DNA from: an uncultured bacterium
Lineage (GTDB): Bacteria > Krumholzibacteriota > Krumholzibacteriia > WVZY01
Assembly: GCA_964464035.1 (NCBI GenBank)
Contig: CAYXEN010000005.1
Coordinates: forward strand, 2,625 to 66,624
Length of the DNA: 64,000 bases
Direction: 5' to 3'
The position numbers were made by a program, and so were the translations under genes. Below, one piece after another: positions 30,020 through 40,086 of this stretch (the first letter of the stretch is position 1; each line of letters begins with the position of its first letter). The notes below the pieces were generated by a model. That model had not been told where the DNA came from. It did not search any database and was given only the letters and a program-made list of their open reading frames with translations.

Positions 30020-31300
30020 CTATTCTTCCGCGCCCCGCTTGGCCTTCCCCCCGCACGACTTGAGACCTCTTATCAATACCTTGTCGATCCTCTGCCTGAC
30101 GATGGAACGGATCTCGTAGGTGACGTCATCGTCCTCCACCATGTCTCCCACCCTGGGAACACGCCCGATCTTTTCGTAGAGGAATCCTCCCAGACTGTCC
30201 GATCCGCCCTCGGAAAGATCGAGACCGAGCGATTCCTTGAGGTCGTCGACGTGAATCTTCGCGTTGCAGACGGCGGTGTCTTCGTCGATCCTTTCTATCA
30301 GCTCCTCCTCGGTATCGAATTCGTCCTGGATGTCGCCGACGATCTCCTCGAGAATGTCCTCCATCGTCACGAGGCCGGCCGTGCCGCCGTACTCGTCGAC
30401 CGCGATGGCTATATGCTTCTTCCGCTTCTTGAACTCGGAGAGGAGTTCGTCGATCTTCTTGCTCTCGGGAACGAAGAACACCTCCCTCATCACCTGGTCC
30501 AACGTGAAATCCTGTCCCGCGACTATCTTTCTCAAGAGGTCCTTCGTATAAACGATTCCGACGACCTTGTCTATGGTCTCCTCGTACACGGGAATCCTCG
30601 AATGCCCGGAGTCGATGATCACGGACATTGCTTCCTCCCGGCCGGTGTTGACGTCGACCGCCACTATATCGATCCTCGGTACCATCACTTCCCTCACCTG
30701 CGTATCTCCGAAGTCGAAGATGCTGGACATGAGTTTCTGTTCTTCCTCCTCCAGCGAACCGTTCTCGTCGCCGAACATCGCTATCTTCTGCTCCAGCGGC
30801 TTGAGCGGAAAGGAAACCGCATCCGTGAACCCGCCTCCCAAGCCCCTCAGAATGCGTTCGATGGGCGATATGAGGGGGAAAGAAACGAGCAGCAACGGAT
30901 ACATGAAGAACTTGGAGACGTCGAGTATCTTCTGCGCTTGCCGGAAGGCCGCCAAGGAGAAGGCCGCGGGAGGAAGAAAAACGACGCCGAGAGCGAAGAG
31001 CGACGTGAAAATCATCCGCGGCGGCGCCGGTAATCCAGCAAACAAGCGGCCCGCCCCCAGGTCGAACGCGGATGCGATTCCGAACAGGGCTCCGACGCCC
31101 TGCGTCATCCGGAGAAAGACGGCGGACACGAGCGGCTTCTCCAGAAGAAGCCTCACGTAGCCGGTGTCCCACCACTTCTCGTTGGACTTCTTCTCGTGAT
31201 GAATGTACGAAAGGATCTCGAGCGCCCTCTGAGTCGCGCCGGCGAAGCTCAGCAACAGAACGGCGAGGAGTAGAATCACTACGTCGATTGTCGGGTTCAT
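30020..31300 (-). CDS. CNNM/DUF21-CBS-CorC_HlyC family transporter (HlyC/CorC, TlyC-like)
   Basis: 426 aa. N-terminal 4-TM DUF21, CBS pair (…REVMVPRIDIVAVD…), C-terminal CorC_HlyC transporter-associated domain. Confidence 0.85.
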   Translation of the reverse strand: MNPTIDVVILLLAVLLLSFAGATQRALEILSYIHHEKKSNEKWWDTGYVRLLLEKPLVSAVFLRMTQGVGALFGIASAFDLGAGRLFAGLPAPPRMIFTSLFALGVVFLPPAAFSLAAFRQAQKILDVSKFFMYPLLLVSFPLISPIERILRGLGGGFTDAVSFPLKPLEQKIAMFGDENGSLEEEEQKLMSSIFDFGDTQVREVMVPRIDIVAVDVNTGREEAMSVIIDSGHSRIPVYEETIDKVVGIVYTKDLLRKIVAGQDFTLDQVMREVFFVPESKKIDELLSEFKKRKKHIAIAVDEYGGTAGLVTMEDILEEIVGDIQDEFDTEEELIERIDEDTAVCNAKIHVDDLKESLGLDLSEGGSDSLGGFLYEKIGRVPRVGDMVEDDDVTYEIRSIVRQRIDKVLIRGLKSCGGKAKRGAEE

Positions 31301-31326
31301 CTATCGGTAAACGGGAAGGTTTCGCA

Positions 31327-31788
31327 TCACGCGAAGAGCTTTTCCACTTGTCCGGAATCGAGCCACCTGGAAAGGAGCTTTTTCTCCTCCGCTTCCATCT
31401 CATCGGCCTCCGCATCGGACTGGTGATCGTAGCCGACCACGTGGAGCAGGCCGTGAACGGCGGTCCGCAGAAAGAGGTGGCCCGCTTCCACCTTCCTCTT
31501 TTTCGCCTCCTTCTCTATAGTTTCGGTGGAGATGTACAGTTCCCCGGATGTATCCTCCGAGACGGGATGGACGTCTTCTTCCATGTACGAGAAAGAGATC
31601 ACGTCGGTTTCCCTGTCTATTCCCCTGAAGTCGCGGTTGATCCTCCTTATGCCTGCGTCATCGGTCAGGACGACGTCCACGCGGAGCTCATCCCCGCCGA
31701 GAGCGGCGCAGGCTTCACTCAAGGCGGCCACGAGATCTTCATTCAGCCACTCTATGTTTCTCTCCGAGGGGCTTAGCGACAATTGCAT
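31327..31788 (-). CDS. ybeY: rRNA maturation endoribonuclease YbeY
   Basis: ORF 31327..31938. The N-terminal 50 codons are Arg-rich junk overlapping the upstream gene, so the start is set at ATG 31788 (MQLSLSPSERNIEW) preceded by GAAGGGGAG. Zn motif HGLLHVVGYDH. It overlaps the upstream pgpH-like gene by about 50 nt. Confidence 0.8.
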   Translation of the reverse strand: MQLSLSPSERNIEWLNEDLVAALSEACAALGGDELRVDVVLTDDAGIRRINRDFRGIDRETDVISFSYMEEDVHPVSEDTSGELYISTETIEKEAKKRKVEAGHLFLRTAVHGLLHVVGYDHQSDAEADEMEAEEKKLLSRWLDSGQVEKLFA

Positions 31789-34036
31789 TCTTCTCCCCTT
31801 CTTCCTTCTCCTGGCCGGGATAGGCGACCCGCTTGTGGTAGATCCCCGTGAGAAGGGATATGAATTTCTCCTTGATCTTCGCCAGCTCGTTGAGCGTGAG
31901 GCCGCTCTCGTCGAGTTGCCCCTCCTGGGCCCTGGCATCGATGAGCTTCTCCACCATGTTGCGGATGTGGGCCGCCGTGGGAGCCTTGAGCGACCGGCAG
32001 GCCGCCTCTACCGTATCCGCCAGCATCAGGATCGCGCTCTCCTTGCTTCTCGGCTTCGGGCCGGGATAACGGAAGTCGTCGCGGTTGACGCTGGAGTGCG
32101 AATCGGTCTCCAGGGCTTTCTGGTAGAAATAGGCCATCACCGTGGTTCCGTGATGCTCGCGAATGGCGTCGATCACGATGTCGGGCAACTTTTCCTCGCG
32201 CGCCAGCTCCACGCCGTCCTTGACGTGGGCGAGAAGGATCAGACTGCTCATCTTGGGAGTGATCTTCTCGTGCTTGTTGAAGTCGGAATCCTGGTTCTCC
32301 GCGTAATACTCCGGCTTGAATATCTTGCCGATGTCGTGATAATACGCCATCACCCTCGTCTTCAACGGATCCGCCCCCACCTCCTGGGCGACCGAGTCCA
32401 CGATATTGCCTATCAGCATCGAGTGATGGTACGTGCCGTGCGCTTCCATGTTGAGCCTTTTCAAGATGGGCTTGTTGAGATCCGTGAGTTCGAGCAGCGT
32501 GAACCTCGTCGTGAGATTGAAGATGTTCTCGAAAATCGGAAGAAGGAACATCACGCTCACGCTGGAGAAGAAAGCGACGGCTATCCCCCAGAAACAATCG
32601 CCGTAGAGGACCTGCATTTTCTCGGCCTGGCCGAGCTCGACTCCGAATATGCCCAACACGTAAGCCAGCGACATGTAAAGGAACACCTTGTAGAAGTGAC
32701 TGCGGGCCTGGAGGCTCTTCAGCGCCAGCGCGCCGACCGTACCCGCGGCCAGGGAGACGAACCCGATGTTGTAGTGAAAATCGGTGAGAAGCGGTATCAG
32801 GATGCTCGCCATCACCGTGGCGACCGCTCCCAGCCTGAAATTGAACAAAGCGGTGAGCATCAGGGATACGAAGGCCACGGGCACGAGGTAGGGATTCAAG
32901 TGGAAGCGAACCACCGCCACCAGAAAGAGCAAGTACGCGACCATGACCATGAAGACGGCCGACAGCCTGAACAAGTCGTTGTAGAGCTTGCGGTGATAGG
33001 AAGCCAAGTACCCGCCGAAGAGCAGAAGGAATATGGCCAGTCGGAGGAATTCACCCACGTACATCTGGACCAGCGTGAAGGGCGAGCGCTTGGTTATCTT
33101 GCTCGCTCGCGCTTTCTCCAGGGATTTGAGGACGTTCTCCTGCTCCTTGGTGACCTTGTCGTGCTTGGCGATGATCCTCTGGTTCTTGGAGACGGTGTAG
33201 AATTTCCTCACCTCGCCCATCGCCTTGTTCCGCCGCTTCTGGGTCTCCTCCACGTTCAGAATGAGGTTGGGATATACGTTGGCGCGGACCAGCTCGAAGA
33301 AAACCTGAGCCTTGTTGCGGTTCTTCTTGAACAGGGACAAGGATTTCTCGCGGATCATGCGATCCACTCTCCCCTGGTCGGTGATGTCGCGGACCTCCAC
33401 TCTCTTTTCCTTGTCGCCGTCCAACACGACTATCACCGATTGATCGGCCCGGCGGATGGGGCCGGAATTGTCGATCAAGCCGTTGGCGAGAAGCTGTTTC
33501 TGGTATCTCCGCGCCGCCCTGCTGATCTCCTTGAGAACGGATTTCGAAAGAAGGATTTTCGCCGTGCTTCTCGGCAAGTAGGGCAAGAGCGTGGCTATCT
33601 TGTCGAGTTTCGCTTCCTTGGTCAGTGTGTCCGTGCTCGCCAGGTCCGCAAGACTCTCCAGCGTGCTCTCCAGTCCCTTGGCCAACTCTTCCTCGATCTT
33701 CCTGTCCCTGACATAGACGGGAGGCACGGCGACGGCCGCCTGGGCCTTGGCGAACTCGAGTTCCTCCGGCGACAACGCGACATCGAAATCGAATGGTGCT
33801 ATTATCTCGCGGTCGGCGATCTCTCCCGCCTTGAAGATCACTTCCTTGCTCTGCCTCGCAGGCGGCAGAAGGACTATCGCAACGAGTATGAAAACGCCGC
33901 CGAGAATCACCCGGGGCAACATGCTTCGATAGAAGTCGCTCTTCGTCTTCGAGTGATGGTTGGCGTATTTCTCGACCCGTTCGTTCCGCGAAACCTTTTT
34001 GCGACGCCTGAACATCTTGGAAAAGGGAAGTTTCAT
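31739..34036 (-). CDS. 7TM receptor with intracellular HD hydrolase domain (7TMR-HD; PgpH/YqfF-like phosphodiesterase)
   Basis: 765 aa. Extracellular N-domain, 7 TM helices, HD/HDIG motif …HHSMLIGNIVDSVAQEVGADPLKTRVMAYYHDIGKIFKPEYY…. Confidence 0.85.
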   Translation of the reverse strand: MKLPFSKMFRRRKKVSRNERVEKYANHHSKTKSDFYRSMLPRVILGGVFILVAIVLLPPARQSKEVIFKAGEIADREIIAPFDFDVALSPEELEFAKAQAAVAVPPVYVRDRKIEEELAKGLESTLESLADLASTDTLTKEAKLDKIATLLPYLPRSTAKILLSKSVLKEISRAARRYQKQLLANGLIDNSGPIRRADQSVIVVLDGDKEKRVEVRDITDQGRVDRMIREKSLSLFKKNRNKAQVFFELVRANVYPNLILNVEETQKRRNKAMGEVRKFYTVSKNQRIIAKHDKVTKEQENVLKSLEKARASKITKRSPFTLVQMYVGEFLRLAIFLLLFGGYLASYHRKLYNDLFRLSAVFMVMVAYLLFLVAVVRFHLNPYLVPVAFVSLMLTALFNFRLGAVATVMASILIPLLTDFHYNIGFVSLAAGTVGALALKSLQARSHFYKVFLYMSLAYVLGIFGVELGQAEKMQVLYGDCFWGIAVAFFSSVSVMFLLPIFENIFNLTTRFTLLELTDLNKPILKRLNMEAHGTYHHSMLIGNIVDSVAQEVGADPLKTRVMAYYHDIGKIFKPEYYAENQDSDFNKHEKITPKMSSLILLAHVKDGVELAREEKLPDIVIDAIREHHGTTVMAYFYQKALETDSHSSVNRDDFRYPGPKPRSKESAILMLADTVEAACRSLKAPTAAHIRNMVEKLIDARAQEGQLDESGLTLNELAKIKEKFISLLTGIYHKRVAYPGQEKEEGEKNAIVAKPLGEKHRVAE

Positions 34037-34038
34037 GA

Positions 34039-35010
34039 TTACTTGTGATTCTCCTTGTCACCGTCTCGCGCGAAGGCGTCGATTATCTCCTGGACCAGTT
34101 CGTGCCGCACCACGTCCTCCAGGCCGAGGGTCACGAACTTTATGCCTTCCACGCCGGACAGGATGCGTCTTGCGGCCACCAGGCCGGACCGCGACGGAGG
34201 ATCGAGATCGATCTGGGTGATGTCACCGTTCACTATCGCCTTCGCGTTGCCGCCCAGCCGGGTCAGGAACATCTTCATCTGCATCGAGGTCGTGTTCTGG
34301 GCCTCGTCGAGGATCACGTAGGCGTTGTTCAGGGTCCTTCCCCGCATGTACGCCAGCGGAGCCACCTCGATCGTTCCGTTCTCCTGGTATCTCGTGGTCT
34401 TCTCCTGGCCGAGCAATTCATAGAGTGCATCGATGATCGGCCTCACGTAAGGGTCGAGCTTCGCCTGGAAATCCCCGGGGAGGAAGCCCAGGCTTTCGCC
34501 CGCCTCGACGACGGGCCTGGCCATGATGATCCGCTCGATCTCCCTCCTCTTGAGAGCCGCCACGGCGCTGGCGACTGCAAGAAAAGTCTTGCCGGTGCCG
34601 GCCGGACCTATCGCGATCACGATGTCGTAATCCGCGATCGCCCGGACGTATTCCCGTTGATTGAGCGAACGAGGTTTGATCTCAGTCCCGCGCTTGGAAA
34701 CGCATATCACCTCGTCCTCCAATTCCTCCAACCTCTCCCCACGGCCGCTGTGATTGAGTAGATAGCGAATGTCTCTCTCCGTCACGGCCTTTCCCTTTTC
34801 CGCCATCGCGAACAATTCTTCGAAGAAGCCGGTCAGTTGTTCGATCTCTTCCTCGCTCCCCCGGAGAATCACCTTGTCTCCCCTCACAACCACCGCATCC
34901 GGAAACATTTTTTCAACTATTAGCAGATTCCTCTCCCGCTGACCAAACAATTTAAGAGGGTCGAGCCCTCCGGTCGAGAGCACCCTCTTCTTTCTCTTCA
35001 AACTTTTCAC
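34039..35010 (-). CDS. phoH: PhoH-like ATPase (YbeZ)
   Basis: 323 aa. Walker A AIGPAGTGKTFLAV. PhoH core …ILDEAQNTTSMQMKMFLTRLG…. Confidence 0.9.
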   Translation of the reverse strand: MKSLKRKKRVLSTGGLDPLKLFGQRERNLLIVEKMFPDAVVVRGDKVILRGSEEEIEQLTGFFEELFAMAEKGKAVTERDIRYLLNHSGRGERLEELEDEVICVSKRGTEIKPRSLNQREYVRAIADYDIVIAIGPAGTGKTFLAVASAVAALKRREIERIIMARPVVEAGESLGFLPGDFQAKLDPYVRPIIDALYELLGQEKTTRYQENGTIEVAPLAYMRGRTLNNAYVILDEAQNTTSMQMKMFLTRLGGNAKAIVNGDITQIDLDPPSRSGLVAARRILSGVEGIKFVTLGLEDVVRHELVQEIIDAFARDGDKENHK

Positions 35011-35229
35011 ACCTCCCGGCGTGCCGCCGGCCGGAACTCCTGCTCCAGGCTTCGGCCCCCTAGCACTAAAGGGATTCCCTCAAGAATCCCTAACAATAAC
35101 AAACCTCAAGACTTAGATGAATGAACCCAAGTCGCGAGGCGTGCTTTTATGGTCGATCATCTTACCATGATCCTCACTTGGAAAACCTATACAAATAATA
35201 GGCCAAACGGGGGGAACTTGCAAATTTTT

Positions 35230-35913
35230 CTAGCGGGGAATCGTGAGAACCTGTTGTGGCACAATAAGATCCGGGTCCTTGATCTGGTCCTTGTTCGCTT
35301 CGAAGATCTTGGTCCACTCCAGGGGGCTGTCGTAAATCTCCCAGTAGCCGGCGATCAGCCAGAGGCATTCGTTCTCGGCCACGATGTGTGAAGTCGGCCA
35401 GTCACGTGGGATTACGAGAACCGTGTCCGGGTAGATATAGTCCGGGTCCTCTATCTTGTCCATGTTGGCCCGGAAGATCCGCGGCCACTTCACGGGATCG
35501 GAATATATGCTGTCGTAGCCCGCAATCGTCCAGAGGCATTCTCCCGGTCTTATCGTCCACTGCTTGGGCAGCGCTTCGAGTTCCGCTATCTGGGTCTTCA
35601 GGGTTCTGATGTCGGAATCAAGCTTGAGAAGCTGGGATTCGATGGGACCCAGTTCCTTCTTGAGCTTCTCGGCGTGTTCCTCGGTCGCCTTGAGCTCGGA
35701 TTCCTTGTCGCGGGCGGTCTTCTTGAGCAGCGCCAGTTCCTTGGCCAGGGCATCGCAGTACGCTTCTTTTTGGGCTTTGGACAGTTCTTCGTACTCGTCC
35801 TCGGAATAATACTCGCCGGCTGAAACATTGACCTTGAGACCTTTGGAGCCGCTGCAGCCGAGTCCCCAGAGAAGCAACGTCGTCAATCCAACGAAAGCGA
35901 AAACCCGTTTCAT
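35230..35913 (-). CDS. Lipoprotein with coiled-coil region and two LysM-like repeats
   Basis: Track ORF starts at GTG 35925. ATG 35913 (MKRVFAFVGLTTLLLWGLGCSG, lipobox) is preferred, with AAGGAG 11 nt upstream. Heptad-rich middle. Two repeats ECLW[TL]IAGY…P[VL][KE]W…I…AN…I.DPD.I.P..VL.IPR resemble LysM. Confidence 0.6.
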   Translation of the reverse strand: MKRVFAFVGLTTLLLWGLGCSGSKGLKVNVSAGEYYSEDEYEELSKAQKEAYCDALAKELALLKKTARDKESELKATEEHAEKLKKELGPIESQLLKLDSDIRTLKTQIAELEALPKQWTIRPGECLWTIAGYDSIYSDPVKWPRIFRANMDKIEDPDYIYPDTVLVIPRDWPTSHIVAENECLWLIAGYWEIYDSPLEWTKIFEANKDQIKDPDLIVPQQVLTIPR

Positions 35914-35921
35914 CTGCTCAT

Positions 35922-36206
35922 TCACTCCTTCTTCTTTTCGTCTCTGCCGCTCCCCTTCTTGAGCTCATCGAGCTTCTTGCGGAGCTTCGCCGGCACATCT
36001 TTCTTCTTTTCGAATTCCTTCTTCTTTGCCGCGAGCCTGGTTTCCAGTTTCTTGGCCCTCTTGCGGGCTTCCTCGAGGTTCTTGTCGAGGTCCTTCGTGT
36101 CCGCACGCGTCTCCTCTATTTCGATGGGGCTTACCGTGCACGGCGGAGCTGAGCTGCATCCGGCCGCCAGCGGCGCGAGGAAAGAGAACAATATCAATAA
36201 CGTCAT
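35922..36206 (-). CDS. Small Lys-rich coiled-coil lipoprotein (hypothetical)
   Basis: Start ATG 36206 (MTLLILFSFLAPLAAGCSS, lipobox). The track's TTG start at 36227 is less likely. Very K/E-rich tail. Its stop lies 4 nt from the downstream gene's start region. Confidence 0.4.
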   Translation of the reverse strand: MTLLILFSFLAPLAAGCSSAPPCTVSPIEIEETRADTKDLDKNLEEARKRAKKLETRLAAKKKEFEKKKDVPAKLRKKLDELKKGSGRDEKKKE

Positions 36207-36503
36207 CTTAGAGCGCACTTCCGGCAACCTCCTTTACAGGCAACAAGGCTACGACTCTCCCGGCGGGGAAAGCGTGTTTCGATGCTCGGCCCGAGTCGTT
36301 CACTCGAGATGCTTTCAGCATATCGTAACCTTTTACATTGAACCGACTTCTCGTCTCCGCCTCTAAACACCGACCTTAGAGGCGCCGGAAATGGAAGCAG
36401 AAAAGTCTGTTGTGGGGTTGTTGGACGATAAAATATCAATGTGCCCTGCCAGTGTCAAGTCTATTCTCCCCGGAGTGCCTGCTCCATGCGGGCACGACGC
36501 CGG

Positions 36504-38309
36504 TTAATCGTCTTTGCGCCGCACGAGCTCGATGTGAAGTTCCTCGAGCTGCTCCGGGTCGACGGGCGACGGCGCGTCGTCCATGAGAGAAGTGGCTTTC
36601 TGGGTCTTGGGAAAAGCTATGACGTCTCTTATCGAAGAGCAACCGGCGAGAATCATCAGAATCCTGTCCAGGCCGGGAGCGATTCCCCCGTGCGGCGGGG
36701 CCCCGTACTCGAGTGCGTCGAGGAGAAAACCGAAACGTCTCGCGGCATCCTCCTTGGTTATCCCTGCTATGCTCATCACCTTCTCCTGGAGGCTTCGGTT
36801 GTGTATCCTGATGCTCCCCGAAGCAAGCTCGACCCCGTTGCACACGAGATCGTAGAGGTTGGCCCGCACCGCCAGCGGATCCTTGTCGAGCAACTCCATG
36901 TCTTCTTCCTTGGGCATGGAGAAGAAGTGGTGGGAGGGTGAATAACACTGTTTCTCCTCGTCCCACTCGAAGAGGGGAAAATCGTTGACCCACAGGAAAT
37001 CGAAACGCGACTCGTCGGCGAGTCCCATGAGTTCGCCCACCTCGAGCCTCAGCTTGCCTAGTATGATCGGGACCTCCTTGGCGTCGCCGGCAACGGCCAG
37101 GATGAGGTCACCACGCCCCGCGTTCAACAAGCCGACGAGCTCCTCCTGAACGCCCGCGGGGATGAACCTCGCCGCGGGCCCCTTGAGACCGCCCTCCTGG
37201 ACCTTCATGTGGATCAAGCCGCCGGCCCCGGCGGCCGTCGCGGTCGCTTCAAGATCCTTTATCTCCCGGTTGGAGAGACGTGCTCCGTCCGGCACCGAGA
37301 ATCCACGCACGCACCCGCCCTCGGCCAGGATCTTCCTGGCGATGCCGAATTCGGACCGGGAGAAGCAATCGCCGAGATCCTCGAGTTCCATCCCGAGCCT
37401 CGTGTCCGGCTTGTCGGTGCCGTAGCGTTTCATCGCTTCGTCGTACGAAATCACTGGAAAGGGCGTCTTCAATTCGATGCCTCTGCCCGCGCGGAAAATT
37501 TCTTTCATGAGCTCTTCGCCCAGGGCGAAGACTTCCCCCTGGGTGACGAAACTCATCTCGATGTCTATCTGCGTGTGTTCCGGCTGCCGATCAGCCCTGA
37601 GATCCTCGTCCCGGAGGCATCTCGCCATCTGGAAATAACGATCGAATCCGGCGACCATCAGGATCTGCTTGTAGAGCTGCGGGCTCTGGGGAAGCGCGTA
37701 GAAACACCCGGGATGGAGGCGGCTGGGAACGAGGTAGTCCCTGGCGCCCTCGGGCGTGCATCTCACCAGCAGCGGCGTCTCTATCTCCATGAAGCCGCGG
37801 CTGTCGAGAAAGTTCCTTATGGCCAGCACAACCTTGTGGCGCAGGATGAGGTTCTCCTTGAGCGGTCGGCGTCTGAGGTCCAGGTAGCGGTACTTGAGCC
37901 TGAGGTCCTCGTTGGCCTTGACTTCATCGGTGATGGTGAAGGGAGGCACCTTGGAGCGGTTCAGCACAACCAGGAGGTCGAGAGCGACCTCGATGGCGCC
38001 GGAGGGAGAATGATCCCGGGCCATGTCGGGCGGTCGCTTGCGCACGATCCCCTTGCATGCGATCACGTCCTCCATGCGCAGGCTCCTGCTCAAGGCGTCG
38101 AGTTCCTCGTCCTTGCCGGGATCGACGATGAGTTGGACGTCACCGGAGCGATCGCGCAGGTTTATGAAACGCAATCCTCCGAGATCTCTCATCCTCGCCA
38201 CCCAACCCATCAAACGTACCTCTTTTCCTTCGTCTTGCTCGCCGAGCTCGGCGCAAACGTGCGTTCGCGAAAAAGGGAGGTGATACATCTCTTTTTTCAA
38301 TCTGTTCAT
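36504..38309 (-). CDS. aspS: Aspartate--tRNA ligase
   Basis: ORF 36504..38576. The upstream 89 codons are Arg/Gly-rich junk, so the start is set at ATG 38309 (MNRLKKEMYHLPFSRTHVCAELGEQ…) after GGGGGAAAGGA. Class II motifs …FRDEDLRADRQPEHTQIDIEMSF… and GGIAPGLDRILMIL. Confidence 0.9.
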   Translation of the reverse strand: MNRLKKEMYHLPFSRTHVCAELGEQDEGKEVRLMGWVARMRDLGGLRFINLRDRSGDVQLIVDPGKDEELDALSRSLRMEDVIACKGIVRKRPPDMARDHSPSGAIEVALDLLVVLNRSKVPPFTITDEVKANEDLRLKYRYLDLRRRPLKENLILRHKVVLAIRNFLDSRGFMEIETPLLVRCTPEGARDYLVPSRLHPGCFYALPQSPQLYKQILMVAGFDRYFQMARCLRDEDLRADRQPEHTQIDIEMSFVTQGEVFALGEELMKEIFRAGRGIELKTPFPVISYDEAMKRYGTDKPDTRLGMELEDLGDCFSRSEFGIARKILAEGGCVRGFSVPDGARLSNREIKDLEATATAAGAGGLIHMKVQEGGLKGPAARFIPAGVQEELVGLLNAGRGDLILAVAGDAKEVPIILGKLRLEVGELMGLADESRFDFLWVNDFPLFEWDEEKQCYSPSHHFFSMPKEEDMELLDKDPLAVRANLYDLVCNGVELASGSIRIHNRSLQEKVMSIAGITKEDAARRFGFLLDALEYGAPPHGGIAPGLDRILMILAGCSSIRDVIAFPKTQKATSLMDDAPSPVDPEQLEELHIELVRRKDD

Positions 38310-39568
38310 TCCTTTCCCCCGGAAGCGACTCCGGACGCGTAGGCGCCGAGATCGGCGTCGGGAATCTCCACCTGTTCCCTGCTCGCCAACTCCTTGCAGC
38401 GGACCTTGCCGGGCAGTGAGCTGTCCACGATCACGGCGATGCGCGCCCCGGACCTCTCCGCGCTCTTGAGCTGCCTCTTGAGGGCCCTCAAGGAGAAATC
38501 CACCACCGCTCTGCCGGCTCGCCTGAGTTCCCGCGTGAGCTCGAGCGCCCTGACGGACGCTTCCTCGTCCAGGCACACCACGTAGAAATCGGGACCGCGC
38601 TCGGCCTCACGAAGGGCGGCGCTTTCGGGGGGCAGCACGCTCACGATTCTCTCCAGACCGGCGCTGAAACCGACCGCGGGAGTCGGCGGGCCGCCGCACT
38701 CCTCGACGAGATCGTCGTAGCGGCCTCCGCCGCAAAGCGCGTTCTGGGCGCCCAGCGAACCGTGGACGATCTCGAAAGTCGTCTTCGTGTAATAATCCAA
38801 CCCGCGGACGAGCTGTTCGTCCCGGTCGAAGGAACGTCCGAGCGATTCGAGTCCCATGGTCACCCTCTCGAAATGGTCACCGCACTCCCCGCAGAGGTTC
38901 GCCGATATGGTGGGGAGCCGCCCCTTGACCTCGATGCATCTCTTGCAATCGAAGACGCGCAGAGGATTGCGCTCCATCCGCTCCCTGCAATCTTCGCACA
39001 GATCCCCGGTCAACCCCTTCAGCGCTTCGATCAGCTTGCCCCGGTAGGAGGAGCGGCACTTCCGGCAGCCCACGGAATTCAATTTGACGACCAGTCCCTC
39101 GAATCCCAGCTCCTCCAGGGCGCTCATCACCACGTCGATCACTTCCACGTCCAGCGCCGGGTTCATGCTCCCGATCGCTTCCAGCCCCACCTGATGGAAC
39201 TGCCTGTATCTTCCCGCCTGGGGTTTTTCATAGCGGAACATGGGACCGGCGTAATAGAGCCGGACTATGCCGCCGATTCGATGCATTCCGTTTTCGAGGT
39301 AGGCCCTGACGACCGAGGCGGTGTTCTCGGGCCTGAGCGTTATGCTGCGCCCGCCGCGATCCGTGAAAGTGTACATCTCCTTGGTCGTGATGTCGGTATC
39401 CTCGCCGACGGCGCGACGAAAGAGATCGGTCCCCTCGAAGATCGGGGTGCGGATCGAACTGTAGCCGTAGTTCTCGAAAGTCTCGAAGAAAGTCTTCTCG
39501 ACGTATTGCCACTTGTATACTTCAGGCGGAATGATATCCTGGGTTCCGCGCATGCGCGAATATTTCAT
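38306..39568 (-). CDS. hisS: Histidine--tRNA ligase
   Basis: 420 aa. MKYSRMRGTQDIIPPEVYKWQYVE…, HisS class II motifs. It overlaps the aspS start by 4 nt. Confidence 0.9.
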   Translation of the reverse strand: MKYSRMRGTQDIIPPEVYKWQYVEKTFFETFENYGYSSIRTPIFEGTDLFRRAVGEDTDITTKEMYTFTDRGGRSITLRPENTASVVRAYLENGMHRIGGIVRLYYAGPMFRYEKPQAGRYRQFHQVGLEAIGSMNPALDVEVIDVVMSALEELGFEGLVVKLNSVGCRKCRSSYRGKLIEALKGLTGDLCEDCRERMERNPLRVFDCKRCIEVKGRLPTISANLCGECGDHFERVTMGLESLGRSFDRDEQLVRGLDYYTKTTFEIVHGSLGAQNALCGGGRYDDLVEECGGPPTPAVGFSAGLERIVSVLPPESAALREAERGPDFYVVCLDEEASVRALELTRELRRAGRAVVDFSLRALKRQLKSAERSGARIAVIVDSSLPGKVRCKELASREQVEIPDADLGAYASGVASGGKE

Positions 39569-39628
39569 CGTTCTTTCCCCTGCTCCAAGGCGACCGCGGC
39601 GATGCGCCGCCGTCCACGCTCCCGCCCG

Positions 39629-40024
39629 TCAGTCCGGGACGGCTTTCACCTTTTTCCTTCGGCCGATGGAAGAAAAAACCGGGATCCCCACGCCTATGGC
39701 CACTCCAAGGGCGTCGGCGATCCAATCGAAGACGCTCATCGATCGGCCGGGAGTGTAACTCTGCAATATCTCGTCGAACGCCCCTACGCTCACTCCGACG
39801 GCGAAGAGGAAAACGAAATTGGCCCATTTCACTCTTATCGCATTCCAGCCGATGCTCTTGAAGAGCAGTGCGCCGAGAATGAAATACTCCAGGAAATGAG
39901 CTACCTTGTCTTTGGCCTCGAAATCGGGCCCCGGCGGATGCAGGTTCGGGCGCGAAGATACGAAGAAGATGAGCAAGACGTAGAGTGCAACCGGAAGAAA
40001 ACGCAGGCGGCTTCTTGCAGCCAT
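39629..40024 (-). CDS. VanZ-like family membrane protein
   Basis: 131 aa, 4 TM helices. DKVAHFLEYFILGALL fits the VanZ signature (DK-x-x-HF-x-x-Y). Confidence 0.6.
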   Translation of the reverse strand: MAARSRLRFLPVALYVLLIFFVSSRPNLHPPGPDFEAKDKVAHFLEYFILGALLFKSIGWNAIRVKWANFVFLFAVGVSVGAFDEILQSYTPGRSMSVFDWIADALGVAIGVGIPVFSSIGRRKKVKAVPD

Positions 40025-40086
40025 ATTTCACCACTCCGATGATTCATGGTGCTTCGTCACGCGGAACCTGAGACGAGTCGGACGAT

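Noticed and set aside
30126-31415. 429-aa minus ORF
   Set aside because: Alternative frame over the CNNM/CorC gene. Arg-rich.
31526-34048. 840-aa plus-strand ORF
   Set aside because: Antisense shadow of the 7TM-HD and ybeY genes. No recognizable motifs.
35200-35260. TGGCAC and TTGCA hexamers near 35210..35258 as a second sigma-54 promoter
   Set aside because: The spacing does not fit TGGCAC-N5-TTGC and the TGGCAC lies inside the coding 3' end of the LysM lipoprotein gene.
36353-36380. Perfect 8-bp inverted repeat GCCTCTAA-N9-TTAGAGGC downstream of aspS
   Set aside because: Not followed by a T-tract on either strand and the stem is AT/GC mixed. It is not called as a terminator. It is possibly a protein-binding site, but the evidence is insufficient.
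39522-40034. 170-aa minus ORF overlapping VanZ-like gene
   Set aside because: The VanZ frame has TM helices and the DK..HF..Y signature. This frame is Arg/Pro-rich.
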